Shown here: positions 15,454-23,641 of the stretch, in pieces
Numbering within the stretch: position 1 is the stretch's first letter
Layout of the letters: each line of letters starts with the position of its first letter
Source: Erysipelotrichaceae bacterium
GTDB taxonomy: Bacteria; Bacillota_I; Bacilli_A; Erysipelotrichales; Erysipelotrichaceae
Direction of reading: 5' to 3'
DNA length: 32,000 nucleotides
Assembly (NCBI GenBank): GCA_030604855.1
Contig: JAUVVC010000001.1
Span: 30,001-62,000 of the forward strand
Made by a program: the position numbers and the translations under genes
The notes under the pieces: model-generated
Told to the model about the DNA's origin: nothing
Seen by the model: the letters and a program-made list of their open reading frames with translations, nothing else
The model's database searches: none

Positions 15454-17802
15454 ATGGAAAAAGAAATTCTATTAGAAGGCTTGGACTGTGCCAACTGTTC
15501 AGTCAAAATTGAAAAAGAAGTCAATGCCCTAGAAGGGGTAGAGGCGAACATAAATCTAGTGACAAAGACTTTGCGTCTGAAAACTACTATAAATCACGAT
15601 GAACGTGAACTTTTTGAACAGGTTAAGTCCATTGTGCATAAACATGAGCCGGATGTGGATGTGATCGATAAACACGCATCCAAAGCGATTGAAATCGAAG
15701 CGACTTTGGAAGGTTTAAGTTGTGCAAATTGTGCTGCAAAGATCGAGAAAGCGATTCAAGCTTTGGATGGATTAGACAATGTATCCATTGATTTCGTTTC
15801 AAAGAAGCTTCGTTTCACTACGATGAATGAGAAACAGATACAGCAGATTCACGCTCAAGTGGAAGGAATCGTACATACCATTGAACCGGATACGAAATAC
15901 ATCTTGAAACATGAACAGAAGTCTAGTCTTCAGCGTGCTTTCGATTTGAAACAATTGGGTAAACATCAGTTCAATCAAATCATACGCTTTGGGACAGGCA
16001 TCCTGTTCTTTGTGTCAGGGCTTTTCATCAAAGAACCACCGCTCTTGGAATTGAGTCTATTTCTTATCGCCTATGTGATTGTTGGGGGCGATATCATTCG
16101 TAAAGCTTTTCAAGGTGTGTTAAATAAACAATTCTTCAGTGAGAATTTCTTAATGACCATTGCCACAACCGGAGCGTTTATCGTTGGTGAGTATCCGGAA
16201 GGGGTAGGTGTCATGTTGTTTTACTTGGTGGGTGAGTTTTTCCAAGACTTGGCCGTTGATCATTCACGTAATTCGATTCAAGATCTCATGGATATCCGTC
16301 CGGATACAGCCAACCTTGTACAAGGAGATCGAATTCTTTCCGTTTCTGCGGAAAGTGTTCAAGTCCATGACATCATCCTAGTGCGTCCTGGTGAGAAAGT
16401 CCCTTTGGACGGAAGAATCATCGAAGGCTCCAGCAGCTTTGATACATCACATTTGACCGGTGAGTCCTTACCAAGAGATGTGACTGTAGATGATCAAGCC
16501 TTGGGTGGTTTCGTGAATCTCAGTGGAGTCATCAAAATCAAAGTATCCAAGCCCTTTGCGGAATCGACCGTTGCGAAGATTTTGGATTTGGTTCAAAACG
16601 CAAGCAGTCGTAAAGCCAAGACGGAACAATTCATCACGCGCTTTGCGATGGTTTATACGCCCATCGTTGTGTTTGGAGCACTGGCCTTGGCCTTTATTCC
16701 ACCTTTATTGATTCCAGGCGCAAGCCTTTATGATTGGTTCTATCGTGCGATGATCTTCTTGGTCATCTCATGTCCGTGTGCCTTGGTCATCTCCATACCA
16801 CTGGGTTTCTTTGGTGGTGTAGGTGGTGCTTCCAAGCGCGGAATTCTGGTAAAGGGAAGTAATTATCTCGAAGCGCTTCGTAAAGTCAAAACCATCGTCT
16901 TCGATAAAACAGGGACCTTAACCGAAGGAAAGTTCAGTGTTCATAAGATCATAGCAGAAGATGGCTATTCAGAAGATGAAATCTTAAGGGTAGCGGCGCA
17001 TGCGGAAAGTCATTCTACCCACCCGATCGCAAGTTCAATAAAGAAAGCGTATCGTGGTCGAATTGATTTGAATTTGGCTACAGAGATTAAAGAGTTAGCG
17101 GGTTTGGGTGTTACGATCCATTATGATGGAAAGATAATTCATGTTGGGAATCATCGTTTGATGGATTCCATTGGTTTACAGATTCCAAAACAAGCTGTTT
17201 TAGGGACTTTGATTCATGTGGCGATCGATCATGCATATGCGGGTTCCATATTAATCGCCGATACCATTAAAAAAGAAGCCAAACAAGCCATTACGGATCT
17301 TAAGCAAATGGGTATCCGTACGATACTCTTAAGTGGTGATTTGAAAGGCATTGCAAGCCAAGTTGCCTCAGACTTAGGAATTGATGAAGTCCACGCGGAA
17401 CTCTTACCTCAGGATAAAGTCGCTATTTTCGAACAACTCAATATGAGTAATAAAGATAAGACTGCTTTTGTCGGGGATGGCATCAACGATGCGCCAGTCT
17501 TGGCACGTGCGGATATCGGCATTGCGATGGGTGGTTTGGGATCGGATGCGGCGATTGAAGCCGCAGACATCGTCATCATGAATGATGAACTCACGCAAGT
17601 CGTCACCGCCATGAAGATTGCCAATAAGACACATACGATTGTCTACCAAAATATCGTCTTTGCTTTAGGTGTCAAGGCTATCTTCTTAGTACTGGGTGCC
17701 TTTGGTTTAGCCTCGATGTGGGAAGCCGTCTTTGCGGATACGGGTGTCGCTTTGATTGCGATTGCCAATGCGATGCGTGTCATGCGTACACGTAAACTTT
17801 AA
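15454..17802 (+). CDS. cadA: P1B-type heavy-metal (Cd/Zn/Pb-type) translocating ATPase with two N-terminal HMA domains
   Basis: Two CANC metal-binding domains (GLDCANCSVKIE, GLSCANCAAKIE), SCPCALV (CPC) in the membrane, DKTGTLT phosphorylation site, TGES, and the GDGINDAP hinge. Confidence 0.9.
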   Translation: MEKEILLEGLDCANCSVKIEKEVNALEGVEANINLVTKTLRLKTTINHDERELFEQVKSIVHKHEPDVDVIDKHASKAIEIEATLEGLSCANCAAKIEKAIQALDGLDNVSIDFVSKKLRFTTMNEKQIQQIHAQVEGIVHTIEPDTKYILKHEQKSSLQRAFDLKQLGKHQFNQIIRFGTGILFFVSGLFIKEPPLLELSLFLIAYVIVGGDIIRKAFQGVLNKQFFSENFLMTIATTGAFIVGEYPEGVGVMLFYLVGEFFQDLAVDHSRNSIQDLMDIRPDTANLVQGDRILSVSAESVQVHDIILVRPGEKVPLDGRIIEGSSSFDTSHLTGESLPRDVTVDDQALGGFVNLSGVIKIKVSKPFAESTVAKILDLVQNASSRKAKTEQFITRFAMVYTPIVVFGALALAFIPPLLIPGASLYDWFYRAMIFLVISCPCALVISIPLGFFGGVGGASKRGILVKGSNYLEALRKVKTIVFDKTGTLTEGKFSVHKIIAEDGYSEDEILRVAAHAESHSTHPIASSIKKAYRGRIDLNLATEIKELAGLGVTIHYDGKIIHVGNHRLMDSIGLQIPKQAVLGTLIHVAIDHAYAGSILIADTIKKEAKQAITDLKQMGIRTILLSGDLKGIASQVASDLGIDEVHAELLPQDKVAIFEQLNMSNKDKTAFVGDGINDAPVLARADIGIAMGGLGSDAAIEAADIVIMNDELTQVVTAMKIANKTHTIVYQNIVFALGVKAIFLVLGAFGLASMWEAVFADTGVALIAIANAMRVMRTRKL

Positions 17803-17979
17803 TCATTGACTATCTATTCCATTAGACGTAAAAAACGTGATATGAGTTTGAGTAGAATAAGAACAGACTCAAGGAATCATATCCGTAAATCTCGGTAAGA
17901 CTTAGAATAGCAACAATTTTCAGGTATTCATATATAACGAATAAACGAGTATTCGCTATTAATGAAGAAGTTGTATAAG

Positions 17980-18007
17980 AAAACCGCTCTCACTAGAAGC
18001 GGTTTTT
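17980..18007. terminator. Bidirectional terminator at the left edge of the AT-rich segment
   Basis: AAAACCGC-tctcactagaa-GCGGTTTTT. It reads as a hairpin plus T-run on both strands. Confidence 0.7.
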
Positions 18008-18175
18008 GACGAATAACTGAAAAGAGGGGGCAATTCAGTTATGGAAGTATTCATTGGTGCTAATTACAAGATTCCAACTAAAATTATTTAATGATTATGA
18101 TTTCTAAAAGATATGTTTCGAATTTGTAATTCTAGACAAAATTAATATTAGACTCACTCAAAGTCAGAAAAATTT

Positions 18176-19018
18176 TTAGTTTGATGTATTTACGGTAACA
18201 ACTTTCCCATCAAGCTGAGCACCAGCCTCGATACTTATTGAAGTGCAAAATAAATCTCCTTTTACTACTGCAGATTTCTTCAAAACGATGCTTTCACTTG
18301 CTTTGACTTCACCATTTACTTCTCCAGAAATCTCTACTCGCTTAGCTTCCACATTGCCAAATACTTTTGTTTGATTATTAGCTTCAAAGGTTTCAATAAC
18401 AGAAATATTGCCTTTTAATTCAGATCCACTACATTTGACAGACTTCGCTTGTATGTTTCCTTCAATTATCGAACCAAAATTAACCTCAACAGTATCTTTG
18501 CAGTTAATATCACCCAGAATTTTACCGTTTACTATTAATGAAGTTTCTAATTCCATATTTCCATTCACGACCATCGTATTACTAATTACTGCAATCTCTT
18601 TTGATGCCCCGACATTACCATTTAAACTCATTTCATTTTCCTCTTCTTGTCCCTTTTGGTTAGTTTTGTTTGTTTTATTATCTGCTTTATAATGAGTAAT
18701 CGATTCCCAAACATTTTTCTTTTTGATAGTATCCTCCTTACTGTTTATGGCTGTATCTTCAACTAATTTTGTCTTGATAGGCTCATTCGTTTTAGTTTCT
18801 AAATCTGCAGAATCCAACTCAGCTGCATCATTTGATTTAAAAACAATAAATGGGAAATTATTACCTAACACAGAGATTGTTTTCTTCTCAACATTCTTTT
18901 GATTATCAACTTTCTGATTAGTAATTTCAATGTCTTCAAACTTATCTTCTACGACCTGAAGCAGATTTGATTTTCTTTGATTTTCTAAGTTTTTAGGAAG
19001 TTTTTTATACTTATTCAA
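18176..19018 (-). CDS. Bactofilin-domain (polymer-forming cytoskeletal) protein with a long K/N/E-rich N-terminal extension
   Basis: The C-terminal 140 aa form a beta-helical repeat (VVNGNMELETSLIVNGKILGDI...VEISGEVNGEVKA...VVKGDLFCTSISIEAGAQLDGKV) typical of PF04519. TTG 19018 lies 8 nt after AAAGGAG and is preferred over GTG 19042. Confidence 0.75.
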   Translation of the reverse strand: MNKYKKLPKNLENQRKSNLLQVVEDKFEDIEITNQKVDNQKNVEKKTISVLGNNFPFIVFKSNDAAELDSADLETKTNEPIKTKLVEDTAINSKEDTIKKKNVWESITHYKADNKTNKTNQKGQEEENEMSLNGNVGASKEIAVISNTMVVNGNMELETSLIVNGKILGDINCKDTVEVNFGSIIEGNIQAKSVKCSGSELKGNISVIETFEANNQTKVFGNVEAKRVEISGEVNGEVKASESIVLKKSAVVKGDLFCTSISIEAGAQLDGKVVTVNTSN

Positions 19019-19157
19019 GATAGATGCTCCTTTCAAGTTCACATTTTTCGAACTATTTGTTTGATAATCTCTGTATCTTATGGAGTTGAAATATAACCCA
19101 ACTCTTTTTAAACCTATAAGTTCTGAATTAGCTGTTCGGTAGGTTTCAACTCTTGAT

Positions 19158-22100
19158 TCAAAGATTTAGTAAAGCGTTTAATAGAATCTCGCTTAAGTCC
19201 CTTAATACTTCTAATTCATTTTTAGAGTAGATATGTTTGTCTCGAACAGAGTCAAAACCTATAAATCCGTAACACGCATTGTTGAACATCATTGGCAAGG
19301 TAAGCAGACTTCTTACTTCTTGAGGTTCGAGGATTAATCTCACTGCTGACTCTGGGTCAAGAAGTTCCACATCAGGGATAAAGATTGTCTCTCCAACAAT
19401 GTGGGCATTTGCCCAATCAATAATGTTGCCTAATGGTATCTTTTGAAGTGCCTCGATTTGAGGTGTTATACCTGGTGAACACCATTCGTACGTATTTGAG
19501 CAGGTGGATTCTGTCCAGTCATATTTAAAAATGTATACTCTATCAGCCTTTACAACCGTTCCAATTAACTTAAGTGATTTGCTTATCAACTTTTGATAGT
19601 CAGATTTGTCTGATCTAATGAACTCGGATGCGATTTTTAATAGTATTTTATCTATCGTTTGATCATATATTCCTTGATCAACTATAGTTGCATCAATATA
19701 GTTAAGAGGGAACTTAGAACTTAGTTCCGAAACATGTTTGAAGTATTTTTGATCTTCTTCGAAAAAGTGATGTTTTAAGATATCAAATTCAAGAACAGAT
19801 AAGAATTCTAATACAGTAATGTTATTTGATTTATACTGATCATAATAATCGTAGATCGTTCTTACTAACTTCTTATGAATAGAATGGTGTTCTTTATAGT
19901 TGATATACTTAGTTGCTTCAAGTATCTCCACTTCGTCAGTGAAGTGTCTTCCGATTTTTATCAAAAGGTTATCTAGATGATAAGTAAGTTCAATTGAATC
20001 TATAGTTCGACCTTCAAGCAATTTTCTCAAGTCATATAGTTGTGCGATGAGTTCTTGGTGTTGATGATCGATGATTCTGTTGCCAGAATTCCATTCCACT
20101 TTCCAATAATTTTTCAATTCCTTATTCTCAAATATATGTTTACTCACTGGTAGGAAATTAATATCTTTCGCTGCATGATAATAAAGTTTAAAGTCTATTA
20201 GCCTTAATGGCTTCGAAAACAGATATCCTTGTATACTATCAGGTCTTAATTCGCTTAAGATTTTGAATTGATTTAATGTTTCAACACCTTCAATCGTAAC
20301 TTCTAGATTTAAACCGTGGAGAATAGAAATAATTGCTTCAACAATTTTCAGCGACTTCTGATCACTTTCAATTGAGCTTATTAAAGAACGATCGATCTTA
20401 ACAATGTCAAGAGGGAGCATTCTAAGATAAGCAAATGAAGAATATCCAGTTCCAAAGTCATCAAGTGCTAGACTTAATCCAAGCTCTCTTAAGCGATTGA
20501 ATACTTTAATCACCTCTATACTATCCTGTACTAAACTAGACTCTGTTACTTCTAGTTTTAGCCGCTTAGGATTGATTCCGCTTCTATTGAGTTCATATTT
20601 CAGGCAATTATATAGTTCGTCTTTTCGATCAGATATTGCTATGAATGAAAGATTTATACTTATAGACAAGAGTCCAAACTTTGATTCATCCCAACTTGCC
20701 AATTTTGAACACGTCTCGTGTATGACCCAGTCTGTAATGGGTATAATCAACTTTGTCTTTTCTGCTATTGGGATGAACTCAATCGGAGAAATAACTCCCA
20801 ATTTGGGGTGATTCCATCGTAACAACGCTTCAGCTTGATCAACCATCCCTGACTGAACATTGAAAATTGGTTGGTAATATAGCTCCAATTCTTGCTTATC
20901 AAGTGAGTTTCGTAAGTCTTTCTCAAGGAGTAATTCTCGTTCAATTTTAGATGCTAAAATGGAAGTGTATTGAACATATGTATTTTTTTGTTGTTTAGCT
21001 ACTCCTAAAGCCAATTTAGCATTTCGCAAAAGATCTTTATCATAAAGCGATTTATCTATGATTTCATATCCCATACTGGCATATAAGATTTGTATTCTCT
21101 CATTTATCAATATTTGTGTAGATATTGCTCTCCTTAACAAATCCATATATTCTACGACTTCAGTTTTAGTGTGTTTATTCAGTATAACTACAAATTCATC
21201 GCCTGCATAATAAAAAATAAAGCCATTTTGATCCGTCACTTCTTTTATTCTTTGTGCTACTTGTGCAAGGATAACATCTGCTGAATAGTAGCCAATTTCA
21301 TTGCTCAACTTTCCGAAATCATCTAGATCTATGTAGATAACAGTAAATTTGTTTAAAAGCTCAGTATTTGAGATTATGCTTTCTTCAAATAAGCGTAATG
21401 CTGTTTTGTTTTTAAGCCCAGTAACTGAATCATGCAAATATAGATACTCAATTCTTTCTTTATTCATTTTTTGATCATTAATGTTCTGAATTTGAATGAT
21501 AACAGACTGTTCATTTTCAAACTCTATTGAGCTTGCTGATATGGATGCCCAATATTTTTCATGTTTGGTGTTATAAAGCTCAAGCTCGAAATTATATAGT
21601 AGTCCATTTTTTCTAATTTCACCTATTAGATAATCTGCTTGTTCTGAGTTAACTAAATAATCATCAACATTTATTTTAATGAGGTCTCTTTTTGATAACT
21701 CGAAGTCATGAATTGCGCGAGCATTTGCATATTTGACCACCTTTTCTTTACTGCTCAAAATTAAGATAGGATAGGGTGTATTATCGAGCATTCTCCTATA
21801 TTCGGAATTTTTAGATGCTTCCTCAATGATTTTACGAGTAGTAATATCGTAATGGCTTCCAGCCATTTTTAATGGTTTCCCGTAAACGTCATACTCGATT
21901 ATTTTCCCGCGATCTAGAACCCAAACCCATTTTCCACTTTTATGTCGCATACGAGCTTCAGACTCGTAAATGTCCCTTTGGTTACGAAAATAGAGATCAA
22001 GATTCATTTCAGATTTTTTAAAATCCTCACTGTGAACTAGATTTTTCCATGTCTCAATTGTGGTAGGTTGCAACTCATCTAGTTTATACCCAACAATTCC

Positions 22101-22223
22101 AGCCCATCTTTCATCGAATTTGGTCTCACCTGTAAGTACATTCCATTCCCAATTTCCGACAGTAATGCTTTCGTTAGCTGTATCGAAGTAGTAGATATCA
22201 GTGTTTAAGTACTCGTTTTTCAT
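19158..22223 (-). CDS. Multidomain c-di-GMP protein: PAS-PAS-GGDEF(degenerate AGDEF)-EAL-hemerythrin-GAF
   Basis: Approximate domain spans are PAS aa 20-130 and 140-250, GGDEF 258-420, EAL 440-680, hemerythrin 705-835 and GAF 855-1021. The GGDEF A-site is YYAGDEF. The EAL domain has YQPI, EALLRW, LEVTES, DDFGTGYSS, KIDRS, EGVET and QGYLFSKP. The hemerythrin has IDHQH, HFTDE, HHSIH and HHFFEED. Confidence 0.9.
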   Translation of the reverse strand: MKNEYLNTDIYYFDTANESITVGNWEWNVLTGETKFDERWAGIVGYKLDELQPTTIETWKNLVHSEDFKKSEMNLDLYFRNQRDIYESEARMRHKSGKWVWVLDRGKIIEYDVYGKPLKMAGSHYDITTRKIIEEASKNSEYRRMLDNTPYPILILSSKEKVVKYANARAIHDFELSKRDLIKINVDDYLVNSEQADYLIGEIRKNGLLYNFELELYNTKHEKYWASISASSIEFENEQSVIIQIQNINDQKMNKERIEYLYLHDSVTGLKNKTALRLFEESIISNTELLNKFTVIYIDLDDFGKLSNEIGYYSADVILAQVAQRIKEVTDQNGFIFYYAGDEFVVILNKHTKTEVVEYMDLLRRAISTQILINERIQILYASMGYEIIDKSLYDKDLLRNAKLALGVAKQQKNTYVQYTSILASKIERELLLEKDLRNSLDKQELELYYQPIFNVQSGMVDQAEALLRWNHPKLGVISPIEFIPIAEKTKLIIPITDWVIHETCSKLASWDESKFGLLSISINLSFIAISDRKDELYNCLKYELNRSGINPKRLKLEVTESSLVQDSIEVIKVFNRLRELGLSLALDDFGTGYSSFAYLRMLPLDIVKIDRSLISSIESDQKSLKIVEAIISILHGLNLEVTIEGVETLNQFKILSELRPDSIQGYLFSKPLRLIDFKLYYHAAKDINFLPVSKHIFENKELKNYWKVEWNSGNRIIDHQHQELIAQLYDLRKLLEGRTIDSIELTYHLDNLLIKIGRHFTDEVEILEATKYINYKEHHSIHKKLVRTIYDYYDQYKSNNITVLEFLSVLEFDILKHHFFEEDQKYFKHVSELSSKFPLNYIDATIVDQGIYDQTIDKILLKIASEFIRSDKSDYQKLISKSLKLIGTVVKADRVYIFKYDWTESTCSNTYEWCSPGITPQIEALQKIPLGNIIDWANAHIVGETIFIPDVELLDPESAVRLILEPQEVRSLLTLPMMFNNACYGFIGFDSVRDKHIYSKNELEVLRDLSEILLNALLNL

Positions 22224-22270
22224 TATGAAACCTTTCTTAATTATTTATTAATACGCTAGTTGATAGCAAA

Positions 22271-22360
22271 TAAAAAACACCTACTTGGGAACTGGCTGCC
22301 ATTTTAAAGGCCCTATAGTTTTGCGTCCAATGCTTTCGCACTGTTTGCCTTTTTCTTCAA
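22271..22360 (-). promoter_or_regulatory. c-di-GMP-I (GEMM-I) riboswitch candidate in the 5' leader of the GGDEF-EAL gene
   Basis: The minus-strand RNA reads GAAGAAAAAGGCAAACAGUGCGAAAGCAUUGGACGCAAAACUAUAGGGCCUUUAAAAUGGCAGCCAGUUCCCAAGUAGGUGUUUUUU. GGCAAAC, a 6-bp hairpin capped by GAAA, GGACGCAAA and AUGGCAGCCAGUU parallel the conserved blocks of Vc2 (GGCAAACCAUUCGAAAGAGUGGGACGCAAAGCC...) as I recall them. Confidence 0.75.
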
Positions 22361-22799
22361 TGTTGACAGAATATAACGAACAAATGTTTCAAATAATTAT
22401 TCAAGAAAATCAATGCAATCGGAATGTGGTTACTTTGACTATATTCAAAATACTTAATCTTCTTACATTATTTCATGACTCCTATTACATTTCAAGAAAA
22501 ATATTAGTACTTATTATCATAAAGTTGTTTATCCTTGTGAGATATGATGTTCTTCAATAAAAATATTGTTTTGCGTTAATGTTGATTTAATGCTCTCATA
22601 CTACTGGCAAATTGCTTATTGTGTTTCGTACAAATCTCATATGAAGATATACCACTGATTAGAATTTGGTGGAATTCTATTTTTTATAACATATTATTTT
22701 TGAATATGGATGCTAATAGAAATAGTTGTTTTAATTAATGCACTTAAGTACCACTAATTAATAATAAGTGCTAATATCAAATCACAAAGGGAAATATTT

Positions 22800-23579
22800 A
22801 TGGAAACTAAATTCAAAAAACTCATTCGTTTCAATCTTATCATGGGCTTCTTTCATTTGATTCAAGGCATCGCCATGTTGTTCTTGGCAACTTCTGTCAT
22901 CCAGAAAATCGGTGAATTCCAACCCAGCATCGTTCAGTTCTATCAGACCTTCAATCCAATGACACGATCACTTGAAGTCACTTCGAAAGTCTTGTTCGAT
23001 TTACCATTCGGTATCTTGGTCGCATCTTTTCTCTTGATCTCAGCGATTGCACATGGCTTGATCGTTCTAAACAAAGACCGTTATATTGCGGATCTGAAAA
23101 TCGGTCTCAATCGCTTCCGTTGGTTCGAATACGCTTTGAGCTCATCGATCATGATCGTCTTGATCGCAACCTTGTTTGGCATCTATGACATCGCAAGTTT
23201 AGCTTTGATCTTCATCGTCAATGCATCCATGAATCTATTTGGTTTGGATATGGAAGAATTGAATGCAGGCTTCACCAAAGGCAAAGTCAACTGGGGGCCC
23301 TTCATCTGGGGTTCATTGGCGGGCATCGCACCTTGGATCGCCATCTTCTTGTACATGACCGGAACCGGTAATTACGATCAAGTGCCTTGGTTCGTATGGG
23401 CAATCGTAGGTACATATTTTGTCGCCTTCAACACCTTCCCAATAAACATGATCGCTCAATACTTGAAATTGGGTAAGTGGAAAGATTACCTCTATGGTGA
23501 GCGTTTCTACATCATCCTCAGCTTGGCAGCGAAGTCCATCCTGGCTTGGCTTGTCCTCTTTGGTGCCATGCAACCTTAA
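22800..23579 (+). CDS. Heliorhodopsin
   Basis: 259-aa, 7-TM protein. NRFRWFEYALSSSIMIVLIA, VNASMNLFG and GERFYIILSLAAKSILAW closely parallel heliorhodopsin 48C12 (IFRWVEYSLSSSVMIVLIA, VNASMILFG, GERAYIVLSLVAKSALAW). Lys245, Glu110, His19 and His85 are all present. SD AAAGGGA lies 7 nt before the ATG. Confidence 0.9.
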   Translation: METKFKKLIRFNLIMGFFHLIQGIAMLFLATSVIQKIGEFQPSIVQFYQTFNPMTRSLEVTSKVLFDLPFGILVASFLLISAIAHGLIVLNKDRYIADLKIGLNRFRWFEYALSSSIMIVLIATLFGIYDIASLALIFIVNASMNLFGLDMEELNAGFTKGKVNWGPFIWGSLAGIAPWIAIFLYMTGTGNYDQVPWFVWAIVGTYFVAFNTFPINMIAQYLKLGKWKDYLYGERFYIILSLAAKSILAWLVLFGAMQP

Positions 23580-23600
23580 CGACCTGCAGGTCGTTTTTTT
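23578..23600 (+). terminator. Rho-independent terminator after the heliorhodopsin gene
   Basis: AACGACC-tgca-GGTCGTT followed by TTTTT, immediately after the stop codon. Confidence 0.8.
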
Positions 23601-23641
23601 ATGGCCTGGAATGCGCTATAATAGCGTGGTTGGAGTCCAAT

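Noticed and set aside
17838-17897. Mini-ORF MSLSRIRTDSRNHIRKSR downstream of cadA
   Set aside because: It has no SD or promoter. The basic low-complexity peptide is most likely chance in junction DNA.
18013-18091. Perfect 9-bp hairpin ATAACTGAA...TTCAGTTAT with AGAGGGGG in its loop, followed by a 16-codon ORF (MEVFIGANYKIPTKII, 18041-18091)
   Set aside because: It is intriguing because an SD-like loop and an ATG sit at the stem base. However, there is no promoter evidence, no recognisable peptide family, and it lies in terminator-rich junction DNA. The evidence is insufficient to call a gene or sRNA.
19083-19109. Hairpin GAGTTG-n10-CAACTC followed by TTTTT between the PDE and bactofilin genes
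   Set aside because: The T-run follows the hairpin only on the + strand, where there is no gene to terminate. On the coding (-) strand it is preceded by an A-run, so it is not a terminator separating the two genes.
22290-22380. Minus-strand reading frame ...NIEEKGKQCESIGRKTIGPLKWQPVPK* that looks protein-like (possible gene relic)
   Set aside because: It has no start codon and there is an in-frame TGA immediately upstream. The GC-rich patch that makes it look coding is explained by the structured riboswitch aptamer.
22285-22560. 91-aa + strand ORF (MGTGCHFKGPIVLRP...) in the spacer between the PDE and heliorhodopsin genes
   Set aside because: It has no SD and a low-complexity, Ile/Leu/Phe-rich AT-driven sequence. 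Its 5' part is simply the antisense of the GEMM-I-like element. It is better explained as non-coding leader and promoter DNA.
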